Origin: an uncultured Actinomycetota bacterium
GTDB taxonomy: Bacteria > Actinomycetota > Actinomycetes > CAVWCF01
Reading direction: 5' to 3'
Assembly: GCA_963753435.1 (NCBI GenBank)
Contig: CAVWCF010000001.1
Span: forward strand, 800,001 to 864,000
Length of the DNA stretch: 64,000 nt
The notes under the pieces are model-generated. The model did not search any database. It had not been told where the DNA came from and was given only the letters and a program-made list of their open reading frames with translations. The position numbers and the translations under genes are program-made. Shown here piece after piece: positions 62,056-64,000 of this stretch. The stretch's first letter is position 1; every line of letters starts with the position of its first letter.

Positions 62056-62805
62056 GTGCCGGCAGCCGTGGAGTTCGTTCTTGCGGGACTGATCCTCGGC
62101 TTGATCGTCGGCCTGCTGGGTGGTGGCGGCGGCATCCTGGCCGTGCCGCTGCTCGTCTACGTCGTTGGCGTCGCTCCCGACGAGGCGATCACGCTTTCCC
62201 TGGTCATCATCACCGTCGCGGCCGCCACCGGCCTGCTGACCCACGCTCGCGCCAACAACGTGCAGTGGCGCACGGGCATCACGTTCGGCTTACTCGGACT
62301 GGTCGGCGCCTGGGTCGGCTCGCTGGCCTCGGTGCGCGTGCCGGACGAGGTGCTGCTGGGGACCCTCGTGGTGCTCTTGCTGCTGGCGGCCGGGTCGATG
62401 CTGCGGCCACCCCCGCAGCGCGTGGCCAAGCGGCGCTCCCCCGTCGTAATCGTCCTGCTGGCAACGTTGATCGGGTTCCTGGTCGGGTTCGTCGGTGTCG
62501 GTGGGGGGTTCTTGACCATCCCGATTCTGGTCGCGGCACTGGGCATGCCCGTCCACCGAGCCATCGGCACCGGACTGGTCGTCATGGCGGTCAACAGCGT
62601 CCTGGCATTGACCATCAGATTGCTAACCGATGCCGGATCGCCCGACCTGGCGATGGCCGTACCCCTGGGGGCGGCCGCCGGGGTGGGTGCCGTGGCGGGG
62701 GCGCTGTTGTCACGACGGCTGCCCGGACGCACGCTGCAGGTTGGCTTCGGCCTGCTTGCTGCAGCAGTAGCCATCGGGACGGCCGCCGAAGTAGCGCTGC
62801 GATGA
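62056..62805 (+). CDS. Sulfite exporter TauE/SafE family protein
   Basis: Duplicated GLLGGGGGILAVP / GFVGVGGGFLTIP motifs, about 8 TMs. Confidence 0.9.
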   Translation: MPAAVEFVLAGLILGLIVGLLGGGGGILAVPLLVYVVGVAPDEAITLSLVIITVAAATGLLTHARANNVQWRTGITFGLLGLVGAWVGSLASVRVPDEVLLGTLVVLLLLAAGSMLRPPPQRVAKRRSPVVIVLLATLIGFLVGFVGVGGGFLTIPILVAALGMPVHRAIGTGLVVMAVNSVLALTIRLLTDAGSPDLAMAVPLGAAAGVGAVAGALLSRRLPGRTLQVGFGLLAAAVAIGTAAEVALR

Positions 62806-62904
62806 TGATCCCGACTCGGGGCAGGGACCGAAGACCCTGACGTCGACAGCGAGTGCGTTCCTACGGTCCGAACACCGGGGCAAATCTCAACCCATGGAGG
62901 GGCA

Positions 62905-63711
62905 ATGGCCGGCGTGGCGCTGATCACCGGAGCAGGCAAGGGCATCGGCCGGGCGCTAGCGCTGCGGCTGGGCGGCAAAGGAATGGCCGTGGCTCTGGTC
63001 GCTCGCACCGAGTCCGATGTCGAATCCGCTGCTGCGGAGATCCGCAGTGCCGGGGGAACCGCGCTGGCCTTGGCTGGCGACGTGGCCGATCGCGCCTTCG
63101 TGGAGGGCGCCGTGGCCCGGACCGTCGCCGAGCTCGGCCCGATCGACCTCCTGGTCAACAACGCGGCCCGGTCCGCCAGTTGGACTGGGGAGAAGCTCTG
63201 GGAGGTCGACCCGGACGAGTGGTGGTCAAAGGTCGAGACCAACCTGCGCGGCCCGTTGCTGTTCAGCCACGCAGTCCTACCGGACATGGTCGCACGCGGA
63301 TCCGGACGAATCGTGATGATGAACTCCGAGGCCGGCGGGATCTCCCTGCCGATGACCGATGGCGCATACCCGGTCAGCAAGGGTGCGCTCTTCCGTCTGA
63401 CTGACCACCTGGCCGCGCAATTGGCCGGTAGCGGCGTGGTCGTGCTCGACGTTTCGCCCGGGCTCGTCAAGACCCAGCCGGATGCCCCCGCCAGCATTCC
63501 CGACTCCGCGTACACGCCGGTCGAGGTGGTCTGCGACCTGGTCGAACGAGTAAACGCCGGCGACTTCGACGCGCTGTCCGGACGGTTCATCCACGCCACC
63601 GACGACTGGGATCTCGTCATCGCCAACACCGATGTCATCGTTGAGCGCGACGGGCGGACGCTGCGAATGCGCGCCGGATTCGATTCCGACCCCCGGGCTC
63701 CCAAAGGCTGA
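62905..63711 (+). CDS. SDR family oxidoreductase
   Basis: TGAGKGIG, NNAA, YPVSK, SPGLV. Confidence 0.9.
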   Translation: MAGVALITGAGKGIGRALALRLGGKGMAVALVARTESDVESAAAEIRSAGGTALALAGDVADRAFVEGAVARTVAELGPIDLLVNNAARSASWTGEKLWEVDPDEWWSKVETNLRGPLLFSHAVLPDMVARGSGRIVMMNSEAGGISLPMTDGAYPVSKGALFRLTDHLAAQLAGSGVVVLDVSPGLVKTQPDAPASIPDSAYTPVEVVCDLVERVNAGDFDALSGRFIHATDDWDLVIANTDVIVERDGRTLRMRAGFDSDPRAPKG

Positions 63712-63729
63712 TCCGCCCAGCGACAGTCC

Positions 63730-64000
63730 TCAGGCTGCGCTCGGTACCACCGGCTCCGGGGCGGCCGCTTGCAGTTGGTGGGCCATCGCGTCGTCGACTT
63801 CATCGAAGAACGCACCGACCACGTCCACGACTTGGTCGAAGGAGTCCGCGCAGAACAACACCGGTTGATAGTGCGTGATGTCGTAGGTCTGCGTGCCCAT
63901 CCTGGCGATGTCCAGAGGCAGCAGGATCGCGCGTTCGATCTGCTGGATCTCACCGAAGCTGGACAGCAACCCCGCTCCATACGTCCGCACCCGACCCTGC
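63730..64000 (-). CDS. phhA: Phenylalanine 4-monooxygenase, C-terminal part (truncated by window edge)
   Basis: YGAGLLSSFGE and YDITHYQPVLF..DSF motifs of aromatic amino acid hydroxylases. Confidence 0.88.
   Translation of the reverse strand, partial: QGRVRTYGAGLLSSFGEIQQIERAILLPLDIARMGTQTYDITHYQPVLFCADSFDQVVDVVGAFFDEVDDAMAHQLQAAAPEPVVPSAA

Overview
High-GC actinomycete chromosomal window, mostly conserved core genome. It contains valS (partial), clpX-clpP2-clpP1-tig with tRNA-Pro and tRNA-Gly, the rpiB-pepN-glbO-ettA-ssbB block, tRNA-Ile2/tRNA-Asn with dnaG-dgt-ppdK-dusB-glyQS, znuACB-smtB-zur-uppS-recO, leuA with its leader attenuator, a regulator/kinase/GerMN triad, gpgS, acetoacetate-CoA ligase, a persulfide-detoxification cassette and the 3' end of phhA. 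I saw no integrase, transposase, prophage or CRISPR array. The most unusual feature is a coupled two-gene operon at 8567-10215. It pairs a Rieske-oxygenase alpha-subunit homologue, which has lost the whole [2Fe-2S] Rieske ligand segment in frame but keeps the mononuclear-iron site, with a red-chlorophyll-catabolite-reductase/bilin-reductase-like protein. The second is a DUF169 / 2x[4Fe-4S] ferredoxin / DUF2621(PCP_red)-like operon at 24679-25922. Also notable are an orphan chemoreceptor with a sigma-28-type promoter, a frameshifted GNAT and many apparently leaderless genes. All family assignments are by-eye motif recognition; no database searches were run.
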